Origin: Camelus dromedarius
Taxonomy: Eukaryota
DNA: 64,000 nt
Assembly (NCBI RefSeq): GCF_036321535.1
Contig: NC_087437.1
Location: forward strand, 10,418,001-10,482,000
Reading direction: 5' to 3'
Positions within the stretch are counted from its first letter, which is position 1. Each line of letters starts with the position of its first letter. A program made the position numbers and the translations under genes. Below are positions 14,034-27,098 of the stretch, piece after piece. The notes beneath the pieces were generated by a model that was given only the letters and a program-made list of their open reading frames with translations, was not told the DNA's origin and made no database searches.

Positions 14034-14499
14034 ATGTATTTGTTCTTTCTAATCACATTTTCCCAAAGTGACACCTTCTCAATAATTTATAAATTAATAC
14101 ATTTACAGGATGATGTTTAAAATTATCATGAAAAAAGTCAAACTGAGATGTGAAAGCAAGATTGCATAGCAGGAAAAGAAAGTAGGCAAATGCTATCTTC
14201 CTCCCCTCCAACAAATGGGAGAAGTGTTGCCCTGCCTTCAAGACACACAGCTGTGCCCCACCTCCAGAGGCACTGCCTAGGATTTTAGAAACTTGACATG
14301 TCTCTCATCCATCTTAGAATCACCCAGCATAGGTACAATATAATGGCTCTAATCCATGACCATATTTTTTCCATTAGTCTTACTCTCTGTGACACTACCT
14401 CTCCACTTTATAGGTCATTCACTGCTGGGAACTAACTTACTTCAATTTAATCATGAACAGCTAGTAGGCTTTTTTTTTTAATATAAATTGTGTTTAAAA

Positions 14500-14968
14500 C
14501 ACAGATATTCTTAATCATTTTTACGTCTTTTCAGAATAACATTTTTAAATGCATAAAATAAAGAGCATAGGGATCAAAAAGAAAGCAAAATATATCGAAA
14601 TATAGTTGTTGAAATATTTTTAAATATCTGTGATATAAAAATATGCAGAATTTTCTATTAATAGAGTAAAATTAAACCTACCAGTGGTTCTACGACTGCC
14701 ATAGTTTCAAAGTACTGATGAGATTAAATGACATGTTGAGATATCCATGCAAGCAATGTGTCATGAAGATAAATGGGGTTTCTATTAGTGACAAAGGAAA
14801 GTTAGCAACACCATGGTATATTGCCTACACTCATAATGAAAGAAAATTTTATATTTCAGTTAGAGTTAGGAAAGATGAAAATGTAATTTGTTTTCTTATC
14901 CAAGAACACAGGCTCTTTGAATGCTACCTATACAAATGGTCCATAGACTGCAGGTTAAGAGCACCTAA
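14500..14968. mobile_element. hAT-Charlie DNA transposon remnant
   Basis: 'tttctattagtgacaaag', 'atttcagttagagttag...gatgaaaatgtaattt', terminal 'caggttaagagcacct'. Confidence 0.6.
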
Positions 14969-16564
14969 TTAGTGACAGGAAACAGTTCTAGGTCTTCCTA
15001 CAATCTCCCTACAAGGTAACAAAGAAGGCAAATGTCTCACAGAATCCTGCCATTTAATTAGCAGGTAGTCCCAAGAAAATCGTGTATCCTGTTCTTTAAA
15101 CTTGATGAAACCCCAGCTCTCTGTCTTTTTAGAATTTCTGACAGCACCTCGCAAGAAAGTATTACCCAAGCCAATGTGTCAAAATTCAAACACCCAGCGT
15201 CCACTAATCCTCAAATAAAGTTAGACAACCAAAATTCTTTCCAATTAGTGGCTGGAAATAGGACTGCTTAGGAATCATACCCAGGGCATTGTTCAGAGCT
15301 GCTGTGTACAGTTGAGTGGTTTGAGCACTGTATCACCCTATAACCAAGTGCAGCGATCCTGTTGACATCCCTAAAGGTACAGACAGCTGAGCCCTTTCAT
15401 TCTTATATCTTGTTCTAAGATGCAAGGCTCAAACTTTCAGCATCAAAAATAGCACAGATTACCCAATCAGAAAGGATGCTGACCATAAACTACTAACATC
15501 CACATAATAAATATGTCCTGGCTGAATTTTAGCCTTGCCTTGTTCATGCAAGGGTGGGGGATGTCTTCTAGATAATCCTTATATCTTGACAATTTCAACA
15601 AATAAAGTCCATTTCTAACCAGCATGTACTCATTAACAAAGCCAGTGGTACTGATCAGAAATCAACATAGGTAAAATATCACTCAGAGTAGCTATCTCTG
15701 GAGTGTCCCTCTTGAATAAATGCTGGCTAGTCACTTCTGGAGGGTAAATCCAGCAACAATCTCTGGAATATGGATTAAAATGAACACAAATGTAGATATA
15801 CACCATACAGATTATACCAAAATTTTTAATAAGGAATTACAAGCCAAATACCCTATTATCACTACTTTGGTAAAAACAACCTGTTAGTTTATTAACCAGA
15901 AAAAAATATTTCAGAAACAAGAAAGATCTCTTATATTATCATTGAAAGGATTTTTCTTTAACTTTATCTTTGAGTTGAGATGCTGCAATTACCCTCCATT
16001 AAATCCTATTTTGCAAGCTTTGAGAAATCCCCAAAGTTTAAAGGAATCAAATCCAGGAGGGAGAGCCTGCCATCCCCTTTATGAAGCATGAAGGGATCCA
16101 GTGAAACAAACCCATTTTAAAAAACTAAAGAGAACCAGAGATCAACACATGGAAAGGTCATGATGAAAACAGAACCTCAGAAGAGGGAAAAGTTGTTGCT
16201 CTTTGGATGTGACGAGTTGGAATTGTGTGTGTGAGAAGAAGACATTAGTGCAACTCAGTTCAAGAAGCAGAGAAACGATGAATGAGATTGAAATGGGAGA
16301 CATCTGGGCTAGAGAGAAGGGCAGGTTGCACAAGCTCCCTCTTCAGACATCAAAGCAATCTTCAATGCCCTGACCGCTGTGCCACATTCTGCTAGGCTGC
16401 ACCGAGTGAAATACAGTTTACAAAAACAACCAGAGTAGGGATCATGTGAAGGAAATGTGGAAGCTAAGTCCTCAGCTAACCCAGGAGTCAAAAAAAAGCC
16501 CAAATAAAACTCAGTGTAAAAGCTATAAAAAGGAAATGGCAACTACAAAAAAGAAAGAGGTAGT

Positions 16565-16730
16565 GGGAAGGGTATAGCTCAGTGGTAGAGTGTTTGCTTA
16601 GCATGTACAAGGTCCTGAGTTCAATCCCCAGTACCTCCATTAAAAAAAATAACTATATCAATAAGTAAACCTAATTACCTCCCCCATTCAAAAAAATAAA
16701 TAAAACAAAAGTAAAGTAAATAAATCTATT
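16565..16730 (+). mobile_element. tRNA-Ala-derived SINE (camelid vic-1 type)
   Basis: A box TAGCTCAGTGG (16575), AGC anticodon-like loop, B box GAGTTCAATCC (16617), then 'taaacctaattacctcccccc' and an A-rich tail shared with the copy at 55.3 kb. Confidence 0.9.
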
Positions 16731-16954
16731 AAAAACTAATTTAAAAAGTAAGCATGCAAACTAAAAAAATGATGAAAACAAAAAATATTTTTAAAAAAGA
16801 GACATGTAAGTTTACTAGTTCAGATTAAAAAAAGTTTGAAATAAAGAATGATGTTTCTAATATCAGATACACTCAATTATGATCAAAACAAAGCCAACTA
16901 GAGTGCCAATGACTCAAAAAAGGGTCAAGATTACATTAAGAAAAAACCTTTTTT

Positions 16955-17110
16955 TTCCCTTCTGGGACAAATCTAGACTACATTTCCCAGCATCCTTTAT
17001 GATACTGTGCGCCAGGTGACTGAGTTCTGACCAGTCAACTGTGGAGGAAAGTGATACACCTCACTTCACATCTGGCCCACACAGACCGCTCCTGCACACC
17101 TCCACACCAT
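16955..17110 (+). mobile_element. MaLR LTR fragment (MLT1I/J-like)
   Basis: 'ctagactacatttcccagcatcc...gtgactgagttctgacca'. Confidence 0.65.
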
Positions 17111-17579
17111 TTCCAGGTTCCTGAAGAACTGCATAGAGTAAAAGCAGTGTGAAAAGAATACAGTTACTCATGAACAGGGGAATTATGAGCAACCTATTTG
17201 TACTTCTTTTCAACTTCCTGTACTTCTCAAAATTTGTATGATAACCCAATGTCATAAAATATTTTATGACAGAATAAATTAATATATATACACAAGTATA
17301 TGTGCAATATTTTTAAAGTAAGTTATCCCCACTTCCTTTGACAATTCCAGATGGCATGGATTTTGGTGTGCTTGTTCACTAATACATCCCTAGCACCCAG
17401 GACAGGGTTGGGGATACCAGCATTTAATAAATGTTTGTCAGTGCTCCTCTTAAAATGTGACAACATCAACTAAATAAAATACTTAAGACAAAACCAAAAC
17501 ACTTCACCTATCTTCCTCATGGTGCAAAGTAACCTATGACTACTATGTTTCTTACTGTATATCTGGACTATATTTATAC

Positions 17580-18060
17580 AAACATGGCCCAAGATTGCAC
17601 TTGATATTTTTTAGTTTTGTTTTCACAAGGGACATCACACTGCTGGCTCATATTGATCTTATAGTCAGCTAAAACCCTCAAGTCTTTTTCACATAATTTG
17701 TTGTCAAGCCTGATTACCCTGATTCTGCACTTGTACGATTGATTTTCTTACCCCAAAATGCTAGACTTTAAATAGATCCTTGTTAAGTTTTATCTGACTT
17801 GTTTTGGTCCATTATTGGAGTCCACTGAGGTGCTCTTGAATCCCTAAATCTGCACTCTTTTATACTACCTATCTCTCCACACATCTTCTGACAACTTTAT
17901 TAACTTGTAAGTCTCCAAAGTTGAGAATAAAACTATTAAGCTGATAAGAAGCAACAAGAGAATTTTGCTGAACACCATTAGAAATTTCATCCAGGCATTA
18001 ACACCTGTGAGACGAGTATCTTGAGTTGTTCAATTTGAAAGAAATCATCAAACTTATCCA
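17580..18060 (-). mobile_element. L3/CR1 LINE fossil, 3'-proximal part
   Basis: 'catcacactgctggctcatattgatcttatagtcagctaaaaccctcaagtctttttc' resembles the CR1 RT region in antisense. Confidence 0.65.
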
Positions 18061-18219
18061 GTTCAACTTCTAAGACTTACTCTAAGCTCCACAGCCTATT
18101 GATTATTCAACACTTGTATGACCCCACCTTTACAGGCATGTTCATCGTCCTTTCTATCCCATTCATTCCAATTTCTCAGAGGAAAGTTCTTTCATATAGA
18201 AACTAATTTTCTCTATCTC

Positions 18220-18325
18220 TGGAGGGGGTCATCCTATTTATGTATGTGTGACTTCATTCTCCTGAGCCCAGCTGATTAGAGTAAGGAGGGACACCTAACA
18301 GAGTAGGAACGCATCTAGAATTCAG
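18220..18325 (+). mobile_element. Old MaLR LTR (MLT1K/L-like), left part
   Basis: 'cccagctgattagagtaaggagggacacctaac'; appears to resume at ~23030. Confidence 0.4.
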
Positions 18326-18329
18326 GACT

Positions 18330-19335
18330 TATTCATTTATTTAATAAATATTAACCAAGCATCTATCATGTACCAACCATTGTCCTAGATCTTTGCAATA
18401 TATCAGTGATCAAAGTAGACAAAAATTTCTGTTCTTGCATAATTTATATTATATTAAATATAATACTTACATATATTTTACATTATAATAGAAAGTGATA
18501 AATCATATGAAAAAGAAAACAGTAGAATAGGATAAAGGAATTAAAGTGAGGAGCAAAATTTTAACTAGATTGAATAACTATTCATTAAGCAGGTGACATT
18601 TGAGCAGAGACTTGGAGGAAGTGAGGGAATGAGCCATGCAGATTTGTAGGAAAGGAGCATTTGTGCAGAACAAACAACCAGTGCAAAAACACTAAAACAA
18701 ATGGCAAATGGCATGTTTAAAGAACAAGAAAATCAATGTGGCTGCAGCAGAGTGAATGATTTGGGGGAAACACTAGGAGATAAGATCAGAGATGAAACAT
18801 GGGTCAACATAAGGACTTCATATTTTGAATGAAAGGGAAAACACTTGCATAGTTTTGAACAAAAGAGTGACATGATCTGATTCATATTTCAAGAGAATAA
18901 CTTTGGCTGCTGTGTCTAAAGTAGAAAAATAAAATCTGTTAGGATGTTATTTGGTAATCTAAGCAAAAAATGGTAACTTAGACCAGAAATAGTAGCAGTG
19001 AGGAATGGTAGTGGTGAGAAAGGGTCCGACTCTACTTTTATTTTGAAGGTCAACAGTATTTCCTGATGGACTGCATGTGGTTATGAAAAAAAAACAGAGA
19101 GGAGTCCTGCCAAGTTTTTTGGCCTGAAACACCAGACAGTTAAAGTTGCTGTCATCACTATGACAAGGAAAGCAGGAGGTGGAGGAGAAAGATAGATTGG
19201 GGATAAAAATCAGAAGTTCAGTTTTGGACAGGTTGGAAGTACAAGTCTTCAGTTTGGGAAAGAGATCCAGGCTAGGGATACAATGAAAGTTGTTGGCATA
19301 TAGATAGTTTTTAAAGACACAAGACACATGGAGCT
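18330..19335 (-). mobile_element. LINE-2, 3' half
   Basis: 'attcatttatttaataaatattaaccaagcatctatcatgtacca', 'aggtgacatttgagcagagacttg', 'agttcagttttggaca'. Confidence 0.9.
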
Positions 19336-19339
19336 AAAA

Positions 19340-20631
19340 AAGGAGGAAAGTACATACTCTGAAAACTGTGACATTGATGAGGAAAATTGACAACAATTAA
19401 ATAAATAGAAGTGGGTTCATGGATTGGAAGAATTAATACTGTACATACTACCCAAAGCAATCTACAGGTTTAGTTCAATCTCTATCAAAATGCCCAAGAC
19501 ATTTCTCACAGAACTAGATGAATAATTCTAAAATTTGTATAGAACTGCAAAAGACTCTGAATAGTCAAAGTGACCTTGAGGAAAAAGAACAAAGCTGGAG
19601 GTATGACACTTCTTAACCTCAGACTATACAACAAAGCTGTAATAATCAAAACAGTATGTTACTGGCACAAAAACAGACACATAGATCAGTGGCTCAGAAT
19701 AGAGAGCTCAAAAATAAACACACACACATATGGTAATTAAGCTATGACAGAGGAGACAAGAATATTCAATGGGGAAAAACAATCTCTTCAATAAGTGGTT
19801 TTGGGGAAAGTGGACAGCTACATATAAAAGAATGAAACTAGAACAATTTCTCACACCAGATACAAAACTAAACTCAAAATGGACTAAAGACCTAAATGTA
19901 AGACCAGAAACCATAAAACTCCTAGAAGAAAACATAGTTATTTGACTTTGGTCTTAGCAATATTATTTTGGATCTGTCTCCTCAGGCAAGGAAAATAAAA
20001 GCAAAAATAAACAAATGGGACTACATCAAACTAAAAACTTCTGCACAGTGAAGTCAACAAAATGAAAAGGCAGCCTTCTGAATGGGAGAAGATATTTGAA
20101 AGCTATATGTCCAATAAGGGGTTATACTCAATAAATATTAAGCACTTATACAACTCAATATTCAAAAAACAAACAACTTGATTAAAAACGGGCAGAGGAT
20201 CTGAATAGATATTTTCCCAAAGAAGACATACAAATGTCTGACAGGTCTGCGAAAAGACAAGCAATGTCACTAATCATCAGGGAAAAGCAAAATAAAATCA
20301 CAATGAGATATCACCCACACCTGTCGGAATGGCAGACAAGAAATAAGTGTTGGCGAGGATGTGGAGAAAAGGGAACCATCATGCACTGTTGGTGGGAATG
20401 TAAATTGGTGCAACCACTATGGAAAATAGTACAGAAGTTCCTCAAAACATTAAAAATAGAACTGCCATTATGATCCAACAATTCCACTCTTGGATATTAT
20501 CTGAAGAAAACAAAAACACTGACTCAAAAAGATACATGCACTCCAATGTTCATAGCAGTGTTATTTACAATAGCCAAGATATAGAAGCAGCCTAAGTGTC
20601 CATAAATAGATGAATGGATAAAGAAGGTTGG

Positions 20632-20717
<86 letters not shown>

Positions 20718-21178
20718 ATGGAATATTAGCCATAAAAAAGAATGAAATTTTGCCATTTGTGATAACATGGATGGATCTGGAGGACATTATACTTAGTGAA
20801 ATAAATCAGAAGAGAAGGACAAATACTATGTATTTTCACTTTTCTGTGGAATTTAAAAAATAAAACAAATGAGCAAATACAACAAAACAGAAACATACTC
20901 ACAGACACAGAGAACAAACTAGTGGTTACCAGAGGGGAGAGAGGTGGAAGGTGGGACAAAATAGATTAGTGGATTAAGAGGTACAAACTACCACACATAA
21001 AATAAATAAGTTACAATGTTGTAATGTACAGTACAGGGAATATAGCCAATAATTTATAATAACTTTGTATGGAATATAATCTATAAAAAATCAAATTACT
21101 CTGTTGTACATCTGAAACTAATACAGTATTGTAAGTCAAGTACACCTAAATAAAAATAAATAAGTAAAAATGAAAAAA
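19340..21178 (+). mobile_element. 5'-truncated L1 (3' part of ORF2, 3' UTR, A-tail) inserted in L2
   Basis: [28 protein letters not shown] cysteine-rich ORF2 motif (20234-20473); A-rich tail ~21148-21178. Confidence 0.95.
20633..20712. repeat. (TA)n microsatellite inside L1
   Basis: About 38 TA units visible. Confidence 0.98.
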
Positions 21179-21179
21179 G

Positions 21180-22970
21180 AGTGGTTTCAGTGATGCCCTG
21201 AAGCTGAAAACTTGACTGGGGTGGTTCAAGGGAATGTAAGTAAAAGAATTGGAGACAGCAAGTTCAAACAGTATTAGAGGAACTTTGCTCCAAAGAGGAA
21301 CAAAGAAATGGGGCATAAAGTATTGATGGATATGTCATTAAGAGGAGGGTTTTTATAACTGAGAAATAACAAATGGGAATGATCCCGTAGAGAGGGAAAA
21401 TATTGATGATGTAGGCAGGAGACAGGGGAATTTCTGAAGTGATGCTAGAGCAAGAGGATATGCAATGGGGCACCCAGGCAAAGGGTAAGTAGATAAATGA
21501 GTTCAGGTGGTGGTGGTGGGTGGATATGGTGGTGGGCTCTATGGCAGCTCTCTTCTGATTGTCTTCATTTCTTCTACAAAGTCAAAAGCAACAACATCAG
21601 CTTAGATCAAAAATGGAGGAGGAGATGGCAAAGCTTTAAGGAGAGAGAGAAGGTAGAATGATTATTCTAGGAGAGCAGGACAATGAATGGATAAGGAATT
21701 TATGATTTCCTGGCAGCATGAAAGGTGCACTTGAGATCCCCAATCATGAATTTATAATCAGAATAGCCAGTGTGGTTGTGAATTTTTCTCTAGCCATGTT
21801 CAGCTGCATGGGTACAAGTTTGGAGTAACTAAAAAGATAGAATTAACCAGGGTTATATTTTTTGCCTATTGAGGATAAAGAAGCAAGATATAGGCAAAGG
21901 AGATGAGGCTACATGCAAGGAAGTGATTGCAATGATTGAATGTACAATTCTACCTTGATAAGGTAGAGAAAGGACATCAAGGAATTCAGGGATAAAAAAA
22001 GTTAATGCTCAATGAATTGAAGTTTAGGGTAGAAGATTAAAACCCTTTGGAGTTGGGTTCTTGGAGGGAATGAACTGAAAAATCTTTCAGATGGTGGTAA
22101 GACTGAGATGCCTGAAACAGAGAGCATGAAAGATTTAGTTATCAATAGACTATGGGAAGGAAGGGCTGAGGTAGAATGGGGGACAAGATTTTTGGAAGAG
22201 ATGAAGGCAAGGAACTAAAAGGTCAGGGGGTTGAAAGAACCAATGCCATATAATATGTTTAAGTCACTAAGACATACGATAAGAATCATGTTAGAGAAGG
22301 TGGGTCAGAGTCTAAAATCAAAAAGAAATCTGGGGACTTACCCCATAATCTAAACTCAGTGAGTGGGAGTTAGTGGATAACACAGTTTGATGATCGTAGA
22401 TTCAAAGTGGAAGAGAAAAGGGAGGAAGAAAATGGTCTGAAAACAGCAATGAGGAGATAAAAGGACCTCTACCCAACCCCCAGGCTTTGAAGTAAGAGGA
22501 TAGTTGGAGAACCAGCCACTCCTGGAGAAGGCTACAATAGAAATGGTATCCTCAGAGGCCAGACACATTTCCACTAAAGCAAAATGGTGAAAAATACATT
22601 GACTGAAGAGGTAAAAGATACAAGGGATTTTTCTGATAGTGGACTATGAAATCCAGAGAATACCAGGAAGTGTTTCAAGATATGAAGATGAGTCGGGGAT
22701 GAGAATGGATTAGGGGGTGTTCAGGGCTTGGGGGGCATCAGAGTGGGGAAGATGATGGCAGCCCTATATGCCTAAAGGTTCCTGCAGTGACTTTCATTAG
22801 CAGGGATAAAAGTCACAGTAAGATTGGTCCTCGTGGATTCAAGGGGCCAGTAGCAAGTCTGTGAGTGTTCAGTGATAGGAAGAGGATTTCACCCTTGATG
22901 ATGAGAGGTAGAGGCTGTGGGAAAGCAAGTTCTTAGTCCCAGTGAGCAAGCCTCTTCTTGATTCTAAATG
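21180..22970 (-). mobile_element. LINE-2, 5' half including the endonuclease region
   Basis: Purine-rich antisense L2 texture; minus strand near 22270 reads 'cttagtgacttaaacata' (degenerate GDFN motif); 'ggtctgaaaacagcaatgaggag'. Confidence 0.75.
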
Positions 22971-23029
22971 ATGGGGATAGAAGGTTTAGGGGAGGTGTGC
23001 TCTTAGTTCCATGGCACAGATTCATTCTG

Positions 23030-23200
23030 GACCAATAAGAGTGTGGTGATAGCTATAATGTGTCATATAGGAATAGCAGGTGAAGGAGCATCTCTCCTTT
23101 GGAGAGAGAGAGAGAGAGATGAATGAATCAGAGCTTTAAAAGAAGCAGATAAAGGAGAAAATGGAGAGACAGACAGACAGTCCTTGGTTTCTGGTGATTT
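23030..23200 (+). mobile_element. Old MaLR LTR (MLT1K/L-like), right part
   Basis: 'gagagagagagatgaatgaatcagag...agaagcagataaagg...atggagagacagacagacagtcct'. Confidence 0.4.
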
Positions 23201-23339
23201 GCTTGTTTACTGTCCTTTGTATCAACACTTTGCCTTTCTAAGTACTAAGAACCATCAGGTTAAAAATGTTTTCTCAGATTTTTTTGTTAGACTTTTAAGT
23301 TTACATGTCTTTAGTTTTTTTTTTTAATCTGTATTTTCC

Positions 23340-23640
23340 CCTTTTAGAAAATGGTATGATTGACTATGTCCTCTCGCTCTCAGAGTCTTCAAAGATTATC
23401 CCTCAAGATTAAGTAATCCCACATGAAAATTCTGTCAGTATCATGGAGTAATTTACCTGAGCCTATGACGATTTCCTTTTAAATACCTAGCTACCCTCTT
23501 ATTACACATCATCTATTCCAGGTATCAATTCTCTCTTAACTACAATCGACAACTATTCTTTTTAATAGGGAAGGCGAAAGTATACATGAAATTAAGCAGT
23601 CATGCTTTCTCTCTGTTTTCTGTCAATACTGCACCATATG
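23340..23640 (-). mobile_element. L3/CR1 fossil, upstream part
   Basis: Minus strand 'acagagagaaagcatgactgcttaatt' resembles the CR1 EKAELLN segment. Confidence 0.45.
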
Positions 23641-25059
23641 CCCTTCGATTGGTAGCAACATAGCTGGTCATTGACCTTTGCATTTTATAAGGCCCAGCTG
23701 TCATTACTGGAGTGAGCTTGGCCATGAGGTATCCTGAGAACTCACACACAGTGGGAAAGAGAGGAAACCAGTTTTGTGGCAGGAGACCTGGTTCAGCAGT
23801 AGGGCTGGCTCTTCAATGAGAGTAACTAGTAATCCAATATTGAATATCCAGAGAGTTTTGATTGGAGCTGGTGTCAGTATTCAAGAGTTTCTAAGCCTGG
23901 GGGATTTGTTTAGCAGGCAAACACTCAAAGCCAGATGGCATATGGTCCTCACCCCCACTGATAATGGCGGATGACCAAGGAAGGCAAGGTCTTAGTCTCA
24001 AGGAGTGAAACTCCCAAATTATGGTGCTCTAAGGCTAAGTAGAGGTGTGGTCTTAGTCCCAGGACACGGATTCCCTCTTGGCCCTTGAGAAAAGGTGATG
24101 AGATCGTGGTTCAGCATGATTCTTTCAAGCAGCCCCCCAATATGCATATGGGATTTAGGCAACTAAGAGAAGACAGTCCCTTAAGGCGAGAGTGAGGATA
24201 TGGTCCAAGAGAAAGTAGAAATACCACATTAAAAAACCAAGATGGTGGCTTCTCATGAAGATTGAATTGTTTGGTAGAATCAATGATTCAGATGGTGCCC
24301 CAGACTAAAGTACATAGCTAATTCCTCATCAGCTGCACCGTCCACAGGACACCACCCACGAGTGGGATAGAAGCTCTTAATCCTCCTCCTGCCGCGGTTA
24401 GGAAGGACTCAAGAGCGAGCTTCTTAAGTGCAGCTCCACGTCTGCATCAGTAGGTGCTTGCCCCATTTCCCCTCTAAAGCGTTACTGGATTTCAACGCAT
24501 GCATCTTATTTTTTTAATCTACTGCCTCCCTTGATCTGGATTTACTTTTGCCTCTTCTGGTTATGGAATCATCACGATTGATTCTCTAAAAAGTTGGAAT
24601 CCACTTCCTTGTGAGGAGGGAAGATCCTGGGCCCCTACCATCATGTCCTATCCCTTCCCTTGCCCGCACTCTAAGATGAAACTGTCGCATCCTTGTTAAG
24701 CTTTTAGGATTTCCATGCTCCCAACCAGCTCTCCCTATGCACCAGGAGACAATCATTTCCTTCACTGCTTCCTCTACACTGTGGAAAAATAAAGTCAGCA
24801 AAGTCAAGAATTTGTGAAAAATTCCAGGTTGCAGAAAAAAATTCCAGAAGCTATCCGAATAATTCGCATCTCATTTTATTCCTGTTTCTTATTCCTTTCC
24901 ATTCTGAAAGCCCTTCCCATAAAGCCTATTCAAAGCCTCCATTCTGCCTGAGCATCGGTAACTCCTACGTGCCATTATTCCTGGACTGTAGAGAAAAATA
25001 CATGCACAAGCACGAATACCACTGGCATAATATAAAATAAACTTTATAATAAAAAATAG

Positions 25060-25171
25060 AAGTTAACCAACCATCTTGGTTTGCCTGGGACTGAAATGGA
25101 CTTTTAGGATGTGGGACTTCCAGGGCTAAAAACACTGGGAAAGTCCCAGGCAAACCAAGTTGATCACCTTA
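25060..25171. mobile_element. MER94-like hAT-Blackjack MITE
   Basis: Perfect 18-bp inverted repeat cttggtttgcctgggact (25075-25092) / agtcccaggcaaaccaag (25142-25159); core 'ggatgtgggactt'. Confidence 0.85.
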
Positions 25172-25532
25172 AAACAGTAAATAAATAGGGCACTTACCCT
25201 GAAAACCACTAAAAGTTTCCTCTAAGTTCCTATTTCCTGGGCTTCAAATTGAGCTGTATTCTTTTATTGGTTTCCCTAAAGCTGCTGCTACAAACAACAA
25301 GCAGGCCTGACTAAAATGGGGGGAGAGGAGCATCTTCAAACGCTTCCTTTAAACTTGTGTGCTCTCAACCTTCCTCCCTCCCTCCTAATCTCTGCAAGAT
25401 GTTGATAATTAGAACTGACTCAGCCTTAAAATTTTTACCAAATCCATCTACTTTTCTCTGCCTCCACAAGCACCACCCTGGTTGAAGGCACAATCACTCA
25501 ACACAAGCCTGGGTTACGGCACTCATCTTCTC

Positions 25533-25812
25533 CCCAGGGTTTCTCAAGCTACCTGCGATGAAGGGAGAGTTGGTTTCCGTTTTAGTTTTTGTTTTGTTCT
25601 GTTTTGTGTTTAATTTCCAGTCCATTATGAGCCAACACTTCTGTAACACACAATCAAAATGAATTACTAGGAAAAAGCTCACGCACTTGAGTCTTGAAAC
25701 AATGTTGAATTTGATCTGAGTTTCTAAACGCTTCCTCTCCAGTTCCGTATTGACTTTTGTCATGGACGGGTAACAGAGGAGCAATCTAGGACCACACTTG
25801 GAGAAACACCAT
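25533..25812. mobile_element. hAT-Charlie fossil (MER119-like)
   Basis: 'cagggtttctcaag' ... 'gtttctaaacgcttcctctc' ... 'ggaccacacttggagaaacac'. Confidence 0.55.
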
Positions 25813-25929
25813 TCTAACAGATAACATCACTTCCCTGCTTTCTTCCACTCTTTCTACCAAAAAGAATCTAGAACGACATTTCAAAATGTAAATTAGATGT
25901 CCGCAGCTCATAACATAACTGAAGGAGGG

Positions 25930-26119
25930 GGACGGTTGAGAACAGGGACTTTGGAGCCAGACCACCTGGATTTAAATTTCTGCTCCCCACTTACAGAGTT
26001 GGCGAGCCTGGGCAAGCCACCTAATTTCTATGTGCCTCATTTTCTTCACCTAAAAATTGAGATATGTGCTGTACACCAGAAATTGATACAATATTGCAAA
26101 CTGACTATACTTCAATAAA

Positions 26120-26154
<35 letters not shown>

Positions 26155-26250
26155 TAATAATAGTGTCTACTTCACAGGGTTGCTGTGAGGATTAAATATG
26201 TTAATTTTTGTAAAATGTCTAGAACCTCTAAGGCATAGTTAGTGCATTTG
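25930..26250 (+). mobile_element. MIR SINE interrupted by a ~55-bp L1 3' tip (26064-26120)
   Basis: MIR core 'ctttggagccagaccacctgg...ctgggcaag...gtgcctca' resumes at 'ataatagtgtctacttcacagggttgctgtgaggattaaat'; 'gagata' flanks both sides of the insert. Confidence 0.9.
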
Positions 26251-26320
26251 CCGCTTCTGCTCTTCCTTCTTATTAGCATCCCCTACAACATCCTGCCTTT
26301 ATAAATGCTATGTATCATTG

Positions 26321-26325
<5 letters not shown>

Positions 26326-26388
<63 letters not shown>

Positions 26389-26393
26389 TATTA
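26326..26393. repeat. (TTA)n microsatellite
   Basis: Directly visible. Confidence 0.98.
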
Positions 26394-26517
26394 TCATGAC
26401 CTACAAGTTAGTCTCTTCTTATCTCTCTGACCTCATCTGAACAACTAAGGCATGAAGCCGGCCTCTTACCATACAATAAAAGAGCAATACATTCAAGGTT
26501 TCATGCAGATCATTTGA

Positions 26518-26892
26518 GGGTAGATTAGATCACTTTCAGCAAATATTCACTCCTTCCTCTCCACTTATGGGAGAACTATATACCCATCCCATTGCATGGG
26601 GCCATGAGACTTGCTGCAACCAACGGGATGTTAACAAACATGATGTAAGCAGAGGCTGGCGCAGTTGGGCTATGCCCTTGAGCTTCTGCTGTCACCATGA
26701 AAAGAACAAGTCCTGGGTAGCCCCCTGGCCCCAGAGGATTAAAAGCCCCCTGGGTCAGACCTGAATGGGGCTTGCAGTCTGGGACCAAGCCCAGACCAGC
26801 CCACTTGAGCTCAGCAGACCAGCCCTGGCCAATCACTGTGTCACTGAAATTTTGTGTGTGTTTGTTACACAGCAAAAGCTAACTGCTCACAC
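26518..26892 (+). mobile_element. MaLR solo LTR (MLT1I-like)
   Basis: 'ggccatgagacttgct', 'caccatgaaaagaaca', terminal 'tttgttacacagcaaaagctaactgctcaca'. Confidence 0.8.
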
Positions 26893-27098
26893 TATCCTAC
26901 CTCTTCTCTTTTTCCTTTACTTTAAATTCTACTTCTTAGGATTTTGTCCCGTTTCATTGCCAGGAAACCCCATTCTCATACACTATGGTGTCTCTGGAGA
27001 AGGAGCACATTCGAAGAACAACTCCTAGTCTATCCCATGGTTTCAGAATTTGAGGAAGCCCCCAATGTTTTACTTTGGGCTCTCAAAATGCCTGGTTT

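Noticed and set aside
16565..16640. tRNA-Ala(AGC) gene
   Set aside because: Stem mismatches, a SINE-specific 3' body and A-tail, and a second TSD-flanked copy at 55.3 kb show it is a SINE.
20524..20863. ORFs with YIYIYI repeats
   Set aside because: Translation of a (TA)n microsatellite inside L1 ORF2.
23640..24330. Possible exon or pseudogene
   Set aside because: No recognisable protein in any frame; the texture suggests an old LTR, but I cannot assign a family.
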